DNA of 64,000 bases from the human T2T-CHM13v2.0 reference genome, Homo sapiens. Below are positions 1-16,448 of this stretch, one piece after another. The position numbers and the translations under genes were made by a program. The notes under the pieces were generated by a model. The model worked only from the letters and a program-made list of their open reading frames with translations, made no database searches and was not told where the DNA came from. Location of the stretch: the NCBI RefSeq assembly GCF_009914755.1, contig NC_060931.1; one strand, given 5' to 3'. Position 1 is the first letter of the stretch; every line of letters starts with the position of its first letter.

Positions 1-180
1 AGTGTGTATGAGAGTTTGTGAGGGTGGTGAGTGTGTGAGAGAAGCAGAGTGTGTGGCATGTGAGTGTGCAGCTGTGTGGTATATGAGTGCAGCAGTGTGG
101 TCTGAGTGTACAAGAGCATGTGAGAATGTGTGTGTTTGTGTGAGGATTTGTGAGAGAGCATGAGTGTGTGTGTCTGTGTG
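1..180. repeat. Degenerate (GT)n/(GTGA)n low-complexity repeat
   Basis: Interrupted gtgt/gtga/gaga runs. Confidence 0.85.
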
Positions 181-1194
181 CACTTGCAGGCAGAAAGGGA
201 GGCATCCTTCCCAGCGCTGAGCAGCCAGCACTCCCTTGCCAGGAGCTAATTTTCCAGATGCCCCACAGTCAGGTGCCAATAACCGCCTTTCTCCACCTGC
301 AGGGCTTGGCCAGCTACCCTAGGATTCCCCGTTTCCCCACAGGAACTGCAGAGAAGCCTAGAACAAAACAAGAAGCCATCTCTGATTTGGAGGCTGACGC
401 GTGACGCCTTGCGCCCTGCAGCTCCTGCTGGCTGTTGTCCTGCTCTTTCTCTCCAGCCACTTGCCTCTCACCTTGTTCCGCTCATGTTTTACATCCCTCA
501 GCTGTCCCTGGGCTCTGTGGCCTGACCGTCCTTTGACCCCCTGTCTGCTCATTGCTGGCATGCGATACACCCTGGGCTTTGCTGGTTCCGGATGCTGCCC
601 ACACCCAGGGCTGACACCTGAACAATGTTTACATAGAGCAAGTTGAAGCTTAATAAGTAATTGTGGAATGTTTGAAAAATAAGCAAAATGGGCCCAACTA
701 AATACATTTGCCTTTTAGCACTACTGCCTATGGGAATAAAAGCAATATTCATCCCATTATAGGATGTTGACATCTAATTTAGTTTCTTACCAATGCATAG
801 TTAGGAAAGAATCTCAGTCCCATGGTACCAACACTAGCATTTTATTTCATTAATCAAAATAGGCATGTTGGATTGAATTTAGGCACAGCAAAAGATGGGG
901 TCTGGTATAAATGGTTTTTAAATCATGATTTCAAGAGGTGGTATTGTGTAGATAACTCAGCATTTGAATGTGCTTTTATGGGAGTGAAGAATAAAGCTCC
1001 AGAGAGTGTGTAGGCAGATTTCCTGATCCATTTGTGGGCAAAGGATTGATTGTGCATGTGGTGCCAAGCGTGCATGTGGATCCCTCACTTCACTAGCAAA
1101 CCAGATCCATTTCCTGTAGAACGTTTTATGGCATATGCATATAGCCAGTGCTTGCCAAAAATAGATTCCCTTCAAAGTTGAGGTTTTAAAGCAG

Positions 1195-1682
1195 TGTATC
1201 AGCTAGCTTTTGCTGTGTAACAACCAACCACAAAGCCTCCGTGGCTTACAATGAACATTATTTCTCCAGTGTCTTCAGGGTGCAATAGATCTGTTCTGTT
1301 CTCTGCTGTATGGTTCTGCTTCTTGGCTGGACTCATTCATGCATCTCTAGGTTGATGAGAACCTGCCTGAGGTGCCTTAGCTAGGGCGGTTCTTCATGTA
1401 CTTATCCCCCTACCAGAACCAGCAAGCTAGCCAAAGCATGTAATTCTCATGATAATGGTGGAAGCCGCACAAGTATGGAAATATGTAGGCCTTCTGGAAG
1501 CCTAGGCTTGGAACTGGCATACTGTCACTCTCACCATATGATATTGACCAAAACAAGTTATGTGGCTGAGCTCAGATTCAGGGGGCAGGGATAACGACTC
1601 TACTTCATTGGTGAGAGAAACTGTGATGTTTCATAGCAAAGAGAAGGGTGAAGAATTGGGATCATTAATGCAGTCTACCACA
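1195..1682 (-). mobile_element. Old MaLR solo LTR (MLT1 family)
   Basis: Starts tgtatcagctagcttttgctgtgtaacaa...gtggctta and ends cagtctaccaca, the reverse-complement MLT1 termini. Confidence 0.7.
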
Positions 1683-1712
1683 GATTGGTATTCTCTATTT
1701 AGCAAACAGCAA

Positions 1713-2012
1713 TTTTTTTTTTTTTTTTTTGAGACGGTGTCTTGTTCTGTGGCCCAGGCTGGTGTGCAGTGGTGCAATCCTGGCTCACTGCAACCTCTGC
1801 CTTTCAGGTTCAAGGTGGTTCCTCATGCCTCAGTCTGCCGAGTAGCTGGGATTACAGGTGAGCGCCATCAAGCCTGGCTAATTTTAGTATTTTTAGTAGA
1901 GGTGGGGTTTCACCATGTGGCCAGGCTGGCTTTGAACTTCTGACCTCAAGTGGTGTGCCTGCCTCAACCTCCCAAAGTGCTGAGATTACAGGGTGAGCCA
2001 CCATGCCTGGCC
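1713..2012 (-). mobile_element. Alu (AluS-like)
   Basis: Poly-T head, dimeric body; TSD AGCAAACAGCA at 1701-1711 and 2013-2023. Confidence 0.95.
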
Positions 2013-3185
2013 AGCAAACAGCATATTTTAAGCAGATTTAGTGAAAAATGCAAAGGTATAGATATTTGAAATAATCATTTATACATAGATAGTGAACACT
2101 GAATGATTTTTTTAGTGTTGTGAAATTACTGATTATTAGAATTACAAGGAAACCATGGGAAATCAAATCCCAGCTAATCCTTTAATTTTACAGACTAAGA
2201 CATTTGTAACTCAGATTGGGGAAGTGACTTTCCCTGGGTTTTTAGGTTATTAGTGACCGTAACTACTGAAACCTTATTTTTTTCTGAATATAATACTCTT
2301 TGATAGATACAATAGTACACATTTTCCTTTGTACAACACCCTTTTAATGAAAACCAAGTAAATATAACAAATGCATCATTTTTAATATGTGAGTCTTTGG
2401 TTCCTGAAACTCAAAATGTGAAATTCACAAAATTATAATTTGCAGACGTATTGCTGTGGTCAGTAATCTATTCCGAAATGTAAAATTTCAGAATGTTATC
2501 ATTAGAGTGAGATAGGCGAGTCAGTGTGACAATCAGAAAAAACCTGCATTGCAGTATTTTACCCTGACTTTTATGGGTGCAATTATATTAATGCTGCAAT
2601 GCTGGTTTTTGGAATTCTCACCAACCAGTGAGACCCAGTGGAGGAAGCTGGACTGGGACAGGACTTGGGTTTCTGTGTTTGCTTTGTTGCCGGTGATGGG
2701 ACCTGGGCACATGTTTCAGCTCTTTGGTTCTGTTACTCATGTGAAAAATGACAATTTGGACTAGATGGAATTTAAGACCAAGTCCAAGGCTAAGATTCTA
2801 ATTTTTATATCAGTGATAGAAATTGCACAGGTTTTCATTCTATTGCTGTTATTAACAAGGATTAGGTTTGGCTGCATTTGACAGGAAACCCCCAAATAAG
2901 TGGCTTATAGAAGTTACAGGTGATTTCTCTTTTTCGTAAGAAAAAGAGGTTTGCAACTAGGAGTTCAGGGCTGATAAGAGGGCAATGAGTGTCGTCATTA
3001 GGGATCTAGGCCTCCATCTTTCTGCTCTGTTATCCTCAGGACATGACTTCTATCCTCAAGGTGACTTCAGGGTCACCTCATGGATCAATAGGGCTGCTGG
3101 GGTTCCAGCATCACCATCATTTAACAGGTAAGCAATAGGAAGAAATGGGAAGGGTAGCACTTGCCTCTTCCTTTTTGAAAGACAT

Positions 3186-3840
3186 TTTATTTTGAAATAA
3201 TTTTAGATTAATAGAAAATTTACAAAAATAGTACAGAGAGTTTCCGTGTATCCTTCCTTTAACTTTCCCTAATGTTAACATCTTACAAAACCATGGTACA
3301 GCTTTCAAAATGCAGAAATTAACATTGGTACAATATTATCAACCTGATAATATTATTTATTAGAATTTTGCCTATTTTTATACTAATGTCCCTTTTTGGC
3401 TCCAGGATCCAATCCTGGATCCCACGTTGCATGTAATCATTATATCTTCTTAGTCTCCTTCAACCTGTGATATTTTCTCCATCTTTTCTTGTTTTTCACA
3501 ATCTTGATAGTTTTTAAGAGTATTGGTCAGGCATTGCATAGAAAGCTCTTCAACTTGAGTTTCTCTGATGTTATCTCACGGAATAGTCTGGGTTATTAGG
3601 TTTTGGGGAGAATTTCACAGAAGTGAAGCCCCCTTTCATTGCATCATATCAAAGTCCATGATATCAGCATGCCTTACTACTGGCAATGGTAACCTTGACC
3701 ACTTGGTTAAGGTGGTGATTGCCAGGTTTCTCCACTGTCTAGTTATTTTATTTCCCTTTCCAGACCCTCTTGGTTAGAAGCAAGTCTCTCAGTTCAGCTC
3801 ACACTCAAGGAAGGAACATTCAGCTCCACCTCCTGGAACC
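3186..3840 (-). mobile_element. Old L1 3' end (L1MC/L1MD-like) inserted in the MLT1
   Basis: tttattttgaaataattttagatta...aaaatagtacagagagtttcc 3' UTR signature; decayed TSD-like ctcttcctttttgaaagacat / ccctcctttcaaaggcat. Confidence 0.7.
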
Positions 3841-3907
3841 CCCTCCTTTCAAAGGCATGTTCCTGGAAGTTCAACACAAAACTTCTGCTTTTACAGCTGG
3901 AATTTAG

Positions 3908-4162
3908 TGTAGTGTAATGAGTGGTGAAGAGCTTTGACTGGGGTCAGGCCACTTGAGTTGAAATCTCAGCTGTGGCACTCATTAACAGTATGAATTGGGA
4001 AAATTACTTAACTTCTCTGGGATGTTTGCCCTGTAAAAATGGGATAATCACTGTGTCTCTCATAGGGTTTTTGTGAGATTAAGTGACTTTATGTACAGAA
4101 AGGTGCTTAGCATTGTGCACGGCACATAGTGAGGGACTGTCCTTGTTAGCCATGGGCATTGT
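3908..4162 (+). mobile_element. MIR, near full length, inside the MLT1
   Basis: MIR core ttacttaacttctctg...tgtaaaaatgggataat...gtgcttagca...ggcacatagtg. Confidence 0.8.
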
Positions 4163-5239
4163 TACATGGCCCCACTTAGCTATGAGACAGCCGTGGAAAT
4201 GTAGTCTTTATTTGTTTCTTTCCAGGAAGCGACAAGCCTAGCTAGCTAAAAATTGGGGTGCTGTTCCTGAGGAAGAAAAAGCAGGCTGGATAGTCAAAGA
4301 CAACCAGCAGCATTTGCCACAATTGCTGTACTCAGACTCTGGGCCAGTAGACCTATAGTAGGTGGGACCCAGATGAAACCTTCTTCCCAATTATGAAGTT
4401 CCCCTTGTGCAGGATCCACAGTGCTCTCTAAGGGGCCATTTTGGGCTCTAGGAGAGTGAGAAACACAGACTGCAACCAGACAGGTGCTAAGAGGTCATCA
4501 GGAAGTAAGGGTCCTGCTGGATTTATTTGATCATTGGGAACAGTCAACTTTCCTCTGTGTCGGAATCCCAATGGAGGAATCCTTTTGAGTAGTTCACACC
4601 AGCGTGAGCTGGTGGAAGCAGCAGTGCATCCATGTTAGTGTTTGATATGTTTGCTTTCCCCAGAACATATTTAGTCTTCATAAAGGGAAGGTAGCTCCTT
4701 TGGAAACTGCCATAAGAGATGGGGTGGGCTAGAAAGCTTTGCAAAGATCAGAGCCACCTTCTAGTATCTACTGACAAGAGGGGATAGGAAGAAACATTCC
4801 TGGGGATGTGGAGGGCTGCTACCCAGGAGACCCACAGGAACGTCCCAGAACCTGCCCTAACCTTGTCTTTCATGTATCAGGTGCTCCTTTTTAGGACAAA
4901 GAGTGGCACCAGGAACCAAGAACTTGATCACTGCCAAGTCTTGCCTTTGGGTTTTTAGTTTTGAAAGATGAATGAGAAAAGACCAAGGACAGCTTCTCCT
5001 GCAGATGTGAGCTAAACACTGTGATCATGGCTGGAGTGCAGTGTGCCCTTTCTGGCTATTGCTTTTCCTCCTGAAGTTTGATACCCACAGATTCCTCTTA
5101 ACAAGCATTCATTCCCCTTTCTTGTCCTTGTATGGGTGACTTGGAACAGACGGTTTCCTCTCAGTCTCATGTTAACTCTGCCAGATTCGTATCTATCACT
5201 TAATATTATGTTTGGAAAATGACAATGTTAAAGATCATA

Positions 5240-5345
5240 GCCAGTAGCTTCTTGTGTGGCCTATAGCTAGTCATTTAACTTCTCTGGGCTCCAGTCTTCT
5301 CATCTTTAAAATGAGGGTGTTGACCTATGTGATCTAAGGTCCCTT
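5240..5345 (+). mobile_element. MIR fragment (MIR3/MIRc-like)
   Basis: agtcatttaacttctctgggct...ctcatctttaaaatgaggg. Confidence 0.65.
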
Positions 5346-6709
5346 GCAGCAGAAGCTGCTCTGGGCTCTTTGCTTTGCTCTGAGGACACATGGAACTAGT
5401 CTCCTGACACATTATCTAGAGTTGCCCGTGAGTACTACATCTTGTCCTTCAATGCAGGACTTAAGAAATCGCCTCTTCGCCCATGCGTCTGTTACCCCAA
5501 ATGCCCCTCACTGTCATTTGTCTCTCTGTATGACTGCAAGCAGATCCAATATAGGACACTCTGTCTTGCGTATCTCAGCATCCTGGGGCCCTCAGTAGCA
5601 AGTTGGCATGAGGTAGTCACTGTGAGTGTGCGCGAATCGTGTTGCCCTCCTGCCAGTTCGTTGCTCCTCATTCCCATCAGGTTCTATTAGGAATGACAAC
5701 TCTGAAGTGGATTTGTGCCTTTAATCACGTCACCGTGTACAAAGGGCCTGGATCTATGTCACTGACATCCCTCGCTCTTTTTCGTCCCTTTGATCACAGC
5801 CCATGTCTGATGTGCCCTCTCACAAAGGGCTTCCCTTCAATCCCTTAAAATTTTGTCAAATGCTCAGGCCTGTGCTGTCCTCAAATGCATAATTAGTGAA
5901 TGTAGGGCAGCTCTCTTCCTGATTCTGAGGCTGCTCTACCCTTTTAAGGCCCTGTAAAGGAATGCAGCCCTGGACAGGGCCGGTGTGCCCTGGTGGCTCC
6001 TCCCAAGGCCAATTTGCCAGCAATCTGAGAAGCCTACCCGTTGTGCCCCAGGGAAGCAGCTTTTTCCTGCTGCTCTGAACACAGACCAGCATCCCACCTT
6101 ATATTTGCCCCTACATTTTTGTAAAAATCTCATAATCATTTGGCTTCCTTTCACGCTTTCATGCACTCACTTAGCTCCAACATTTATTGTGAATTTGCTG
6201 CAGCCAGACTCTTCTATAGATAGCACTTTCAAGTTTATGCATCTTTTTCAGGCACATTTTCTTAACATGTTTGATTTTCATGACATCCCTGCGAGATGGC
6301 CAGGGCAGAGACCGGGAATCTGAGTCCCATAGTGTTTAAGTGACTTGCTTGAGCTGGTGGAGATGGATCACCTACCTAGCTGGGTTGTCTCTCTTTTCTA
6401 ATCCAAAGATCTCTGATATTTCATGCCTTTGACTTGGTGTAATTTGGTTGGCTCGTGGCTTCAAGTCATTCTTCTGGTGACCTTCAATTTAATGCAAACT
6501 TCATGGCATCTCCTTCCAGAGACACATCCTGCCTTGGAGAAGGTCTCTAGGCCTTGGAGAATGGGAACCAAGGCTATTCTGTTCTTGTGCACTTGGCATT
6601 GGGGATTGTAATTTGTGGAACTACATCAAAGGGGCAAACTGAGAAATTTTTAAATCCAGCACTCTCTTCCCCAGATTTTGCTCTGATTTCCTCTTTCAAA
6701 AGATGATTC

Positions 6710-7205
<496 letters not shown>

Positions 7206-7251
7206 TCTCCTCTTTTAAAAATTAGTTCTTCCTGAATATTTTATGTGTTTA

Positions 7252-7742
7252 AATTTAACTTTTATTTTAAGTTCAGGGGTACATGTTTGTTATATAGGTA
7301 AACTTGTGTCATGGGGGTTGGTTGTACAGATTATTTTATCACTCAGGTATTGAGCCTAGTACCCATTAGTTATTTTTCCTGATCCTCTCCCTCCTTTCAC
7401 CCTCCACCATCCGATAGGCCCCAGTGTGTTGTTCACCTCTATGTGTCCATGTATTCTCATCACTTAGCTCCTGCTTATAAGTGAGAACATGTGGTATTTG
7501 GTTTTCTGTTCCTGTTTTAGTTTGCTAAGGATGATGGCCTCCAGCTCCACCCATGTTCCTGCAAAGGACATAATATCATTCTTTTTTATGGCTGCATAGT
7601 ATTCCATGGTGCATATGTGCCACATTTTCTTTATCTGGTCTACCACTGATGAGTGTTTAGGTTGATTCCATGTCCTTGCTATTGTGAATCACTATTCACA
7701 ATGAATGTACGTGTGCATGTATTTTTATAATAGAACATTCAT
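7252..7742 (-). mobile_element. Older L1PA (PA13-16-like) 3' end with ORF2 C-terminus
   Basis: aagttcaggggtacatg...tgtacagattattt; ORF 7464-7646 encodes ...YYAAIKKNDIMSFAGTW, the L1 ORF2 tail. Confidence 0.85.
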
Positions 7743-9207
7743 CTGGCTAATATCTAGACACCTGGCTCTTGGGGTAATCAAGGCTCTGACAGGCTCTGCA
7801 AAGAATCATCCACATGCTTGCTTGTAGCATTTCCTCAGTATTTATGGAGAAAATAATCACTTGCAGAAAACTCTGGGGATACAAAGGTGAAAAAGACACT
7901 TGTCCTGGCCTCAAAAGGCTCACAGAGATTATTGGAGCTATTAGAAACCTTAGAGATTCTAGCACAATTTTCCACGTTTTGATTTTCAGACTTTTATATT
8001 ATATGCCAATAATGTTTAGCAATATTTGTGCAACTCTGGATTAAAGAAAGATAAAAAATTCACCACAATCTTCTTGGTCAAATCAAACTGTTTTCAATAG
8101 TGTATGTTCCCTTCCACTGTTTGTTCACATGAATACATAATTTCTTTTGCATAAATTAAGATTTTTCTTCAATCTTATGCAAATATTTTTCCATATTGCT
8201 ACATAAATACAATCAAGTGTGTATTTCACATTCTTTGGCTTTCCATTACTATTGGATACTTAGATTTCTACATTTTTGCCATGATACAGCTGCAATAAAC
8301 ATTATTTGGGTATAACTTTAAAATTCTTTGGGTTCTCTCCTTAGCCTAAGTTTTCTCAAGTGTGATTACTGGGTCAAAGACTGGGCATTTTCATGGTTTC
8401 TGGTAAGTATTTTCATATTGTTATTCATATGTTTGTATTAATTTATTCTGTCACCAAAGTGTGAGTTAATTTTCTTGATCTGAATAGTCCCTGGATAGAG
8501 TCCCTTCCATTTATAATGAGTAATTTTTGGAATTCTTACAGGACCCCCAAAATAGGTATAATCCGTCTTACAGTGGATTATACCTTGTTTCTTTCACTGC
8601 GGCTCTTCTCAGTTTTTTATTGAGTGTGTTGTGACCGGCCATGAGATCATGGGTAAGTGACTTAATCTGAGTATGCCTCATAGTGTTCACCTGTAGATGG
8701 GAACCATCAGTTGTTTCTCGTTGTTATAAGGATCAAACAATGGAATTTATGGAATTGCTCTGCAAATGATACAAAGGTCAGCTGTTACCGATGGTGTAAC
8801 TGATTGCCTCTCAAATTCCCCCCCATATCTGCTCCAAATGACCCTTCCCAGAATGGCTGCCACTAAGTTCCCACCAGCTGACAAGGACTGTGTGCAATGC
8901 ATTGCTGTATCAAAGTTGAGACTGTGGGGCGGGGACAGACATAGCTGCTAACAGGGAAATATCTGGAAGTGCCCTAGGCAGCACTAATCCTGGACCAGCC
9001 CCTGTTGGTCAGGTCTTCATTTAACTGCTGTTGCTCTACCTTCCCAGCCGCACTATCACAAGTCCTGTGCCTGACCCTGAATACGCCAAACTGCAAGGCA
9101 CAGTCGGCATTCCTCTGTCAATCAATGTCATGTGACTTACATGTTCTACTTCACTCTGTGATTGATCTACAGCCTTTGAATGGTTATTACAGGTTCAGAC
9201 TACACAT

Positions 9208-9211
9208 CACA

Positions 9212-9250
<39 letters not shown>
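9208..9250. repeat. (CA)n microsatellite with one interruption
   Basis: Seen directly. Confidence 0.95.
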
Positions 9251-9253
<3 letters not shown>

Positions 9254-9355
9254 AAATATAAATTAAAATAAATACTTGAAGTGTAACTCTTCACTTTTGA
9301 ATCTTCTAGTCTACTCTTAGCTCTTCAGGGTAGGCCTGTTGTTTATTTAAAAATA

Positions 9356-9481
9356 GGTTGGGTGCAGTGGCTCATGCATGTAATTCCAGCACTTTGGGAG
9401 GCTGAGGACAGAGGATCCCTTGCGTTCAGGAGTTGGAGACCAGCCAAGGCAACATTGTGAGACCCTGTCTCTGGAAAAAAA
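9356..9481 (+). mobile_element. Free left Alu monomer (FLAM-like)
   Basis: Left-arm Alu sequence ending in an A run with no right arm. Confidence 0.85.
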
Positions 9482-9494
9482 CCAAAATTTTAGA

Positions 9495-9700
9495 CTTTTT
9501 ACTATGTGATAGGCAGTGTTCTAAGTGCTTACACACATTATCTTACTTTGTTTATATAACAATGCTATGATGTAGGTACTTCTGTGAAATCGTTTTTACT
9601 GACTGGGAAACAGTCTGGGAGCTCAAGTAACTTGCCCACAATCACTTAGCTGGCAAGTGATGGAGACAGAATTAGAACTCAGGTCTTTTGACTGTTCTGC
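9495..9700 (-). mobile_element. MIR
   Basis: tactatgtg...ctaagtgctt...aagtaacttgccca...tcac...agctggcaagtg. Confidence 0.75.
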
Positions 9701-9970
9701 TAGTTGGTGTTTCTGGGCTGTGGGTTGGCCAGACTCACGCCTATTATTTATTCTGAAGTGGGGATGCACGACCACCTTGCCAGGCCTCGGTCTCCCGCAT
9801 GACACTGTCTTCTGAGTGATGCATGCAAATTCCAGACAGAGGGGATGGCTGTGGTGTCACAGCAGAGAGCCAGCAGACAAAGACAGTGTCTTAGACAGGG
9901 CAGGGGGTAGAGAGGCGACAGTTAAGCAAGGCAGTGTGAACATGTGCAAATGTGGACCAGCTTAACACCA

Positions 9971-10044
9971 TGAACCCAGTGCCTAACACTGTGCTAGCAT
10001 TTATCAGGCTCTCAATACACATTTGTGAATGAATGAATGAATGA
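9971..10044 (+). mobile_element. L2 3' end with (TGAA)n tail; left arm of an inverted pair
   Basis: cccagtgcctaacac...ctcaatacacatttgtgaatgaatgaatga. Confidence 0.85.
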
Positions 10045-10156
10045 AGGGCAATGGCAAGAGGCATGTGTGCCTTCAGGTCTTGTTGGAGCCTCTACACATT
10101 AATTCTCAACAGGTAATTGTTGAGTACCTATTGTGTGCTAGTGCTGTGATTGCGAC

Positions 10157-10330
10157 CATTTATTGTGTACTTACTATGAGACAGGCACCGTAGTAGGTGC
10201 TTGATACATGGTTTCTGTATTCCTTTCACGGATGCTGTGTGTTACACATTGCCCTTTTACAGATGAGGAAACTGAGGCATATAGAGATTAAATACCTTCC
10301 CCAAGGTTACAGAGTTGGAATCAGTATTCC
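10157..10330 (-). mobile_element. MIR in the loop of the L2 inverted pair
   Basis: tttacagatgaggaaactgaggc MIR core. Confidence 0.8.
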
Positions 10331-10382
10331 AACTCACAGAACAGTGAACATAAAGTAGTCTATTTCATAATTTCGCTTCATC

Positions 10383-10456
10383 TCATTCATTCATTCATTC
10401 ACAAATGTGTATTGAGAGTCTGCCAGATGCTAGCATGGTGTTAGGCACTGGGTTCA
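10383..10456 (-). mobile_element. L2 3' end; right arm of the inverted pair
   Basis: Reverse complement of 9971-10044 with 6 mismatches and no gaps. Confidence 0.85.
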
Positions 10457-11437
10457 AGAGTGAAACCTCTGATCTGCTGCTGCCTGGGAGGATATTAATC
10501 ATGTTACATAGGGAGTACCAGACTCCATGTCTCTGCCCTTGATGGGGAGTGTTGGGAGTATTTTTCATCTTGAATGTAAGCTGAAAGTTATTCTTCACAC
10601 CAGAAAGGAAACCAAGACCATCTTAGACATGCAGTGAAGCAGACAAAACAAGGCTGAGGAGGGGCCCCTGGAACAGGGAACCAGAGTAAATTTCAGGGCC
10701 CTGCAACCTCAGCAAGTGGTGCTGTGTCTAGCATCTACAAGGAGCAGGCTCGGTTTCAGAGCCTCTTGAGAAGTAACTGACCAGGACTCTGTTACCTCCC
10801 AGCAGCACAGGATGCCACAGAGGAGGACCTGAGGAGCAGATATAGTGGGAATGGATGAGAACAGAAATGATTGCTGGCCACATTGGCTAAGGGAGGAACA
10901 ATTAGTGATTATGAGATGGTAAAGGTGTAGTACTTCTAGTCTGCTGTACTTAATTTTGTGTAAGTTCCATCTCAAAGCAAAAATCGTCATTCTCCATTAA
11001 TTCTTTTGTTCTCCTTGTTAAATCCTGATTAAATTATTCCTTATAGTATTGTACAGATGAGATCTGCACAGATGTATTGTGGTGTGTGTGACTATGTGTG
11101 TGCATGAATATCAGAATATCACTGTTGAAGTCCAGATTCTACGTCTGAACAGGGTGACCAGCTAAGTCTCCCAGAGACTGCTGAGTATTATACTTGGCTC
11201 TGGGGATCCAGGAATCCATCACTAGAATTAATGTGGTATTGAGAAAAGTGAGTAGGTACTTGAAAAATTGGTTAGTTTTGGGGTCTGAGTCTATATACCA
11301 CATTGAGAATTCTATGATGGATCGTGTAACGAATGGTGCAACTGGAATGAACATTATAGAGAAGTAGTCTAGTTTGAAGCTGAGTGAGAGTTTGCCTTTC
11401 CCCTTAAGGAACTTGAAACAGAGGTAAATACTGCAAG

Positions 11438-11560
11438 GTAGACTGTAAGCTCCTCGAAGGCAAGAACAATGTCATGTGTAAATTTATATCCCCAGTACCT
11501 AGTACCATGCCTGACACAAAGTAGATGCTCAGTAAATGTTTTCTGATTGAGCTGAATCAA
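11438..11560 (+). mobile_element. L2 3' end
   Basis: tagactgtaagctcctcgaaggcaag...cctgacacaaagtagatgctcagtaaatgt. Confidence 0.8.
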
Positions 11561-12141
11561 TAATATACAAAATGTTATGGAAACAGAGTTGAACGAGTCA
11601 GTTACTCCCTGACCACGCTGCCTCCAAGGAAGGCTTCACTGAGGCGGGAGTATTTGAGTCAAGACTGAAAGATTGGCCTGCAGTCACAACTAAGGATGTG
11701 AAGATATCAAAGAAGATAGCCTATCTCACATGAGAAACTTGCAACCCTGACAATATATAAATCAAATTTAAGGTCATTGAATAATAACTTATGCCTGGGA
11801 TCATTTCCTTCTGAATGTCAACCTCAATCAATCATAATGTTTGTCTGAATTTGTGTTGAGGGAAGGATTCTGAAGTCTTATACTAGTTTTGGATTGGTTG
11901 GCCAAGTTTGCCATGGGTGGGGGAGGATTACTTGTGTCATACATTAGCCATTGCCATATTAAGTCTCTGGACTCTTCAAAGTAACCCCTTCTCCTTTCTT
12001 TTGACTCAACTCCATATATAGACTTAATAGGGGCCAGCATTGTGTTTTGTGCCAACTCAAGCAAGGGGAAGAGACCATGAAAGTGTGAGAAGTGATTCTC
12101 TACCTTTCTAATCAGTCAAGTCCTCCATCACAAAAACATTT

Positions 12142-16448
<4,307 letters not shown>

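Larger units (their letters stand above)
2847..4321 (-). mobile_element. Old MLT1 LTR (MLT1K/L-like) split into three pieces (~2847-3180, ~3843-3907, ~4163-4321)
   Basis: MLT1 motifs ggattaggtttggctgc...gtggctta, aatttagt|tacatggcc...gaaatgtagtcttta and the terminus ...gccaca are collinear across two insertions. Confidence 0.65.

Noticed and set aside
395-406. Tandem half-CRE motifs (TGACG twice)
   Set aside because: Too short to distinguish from chance without chromatin data.
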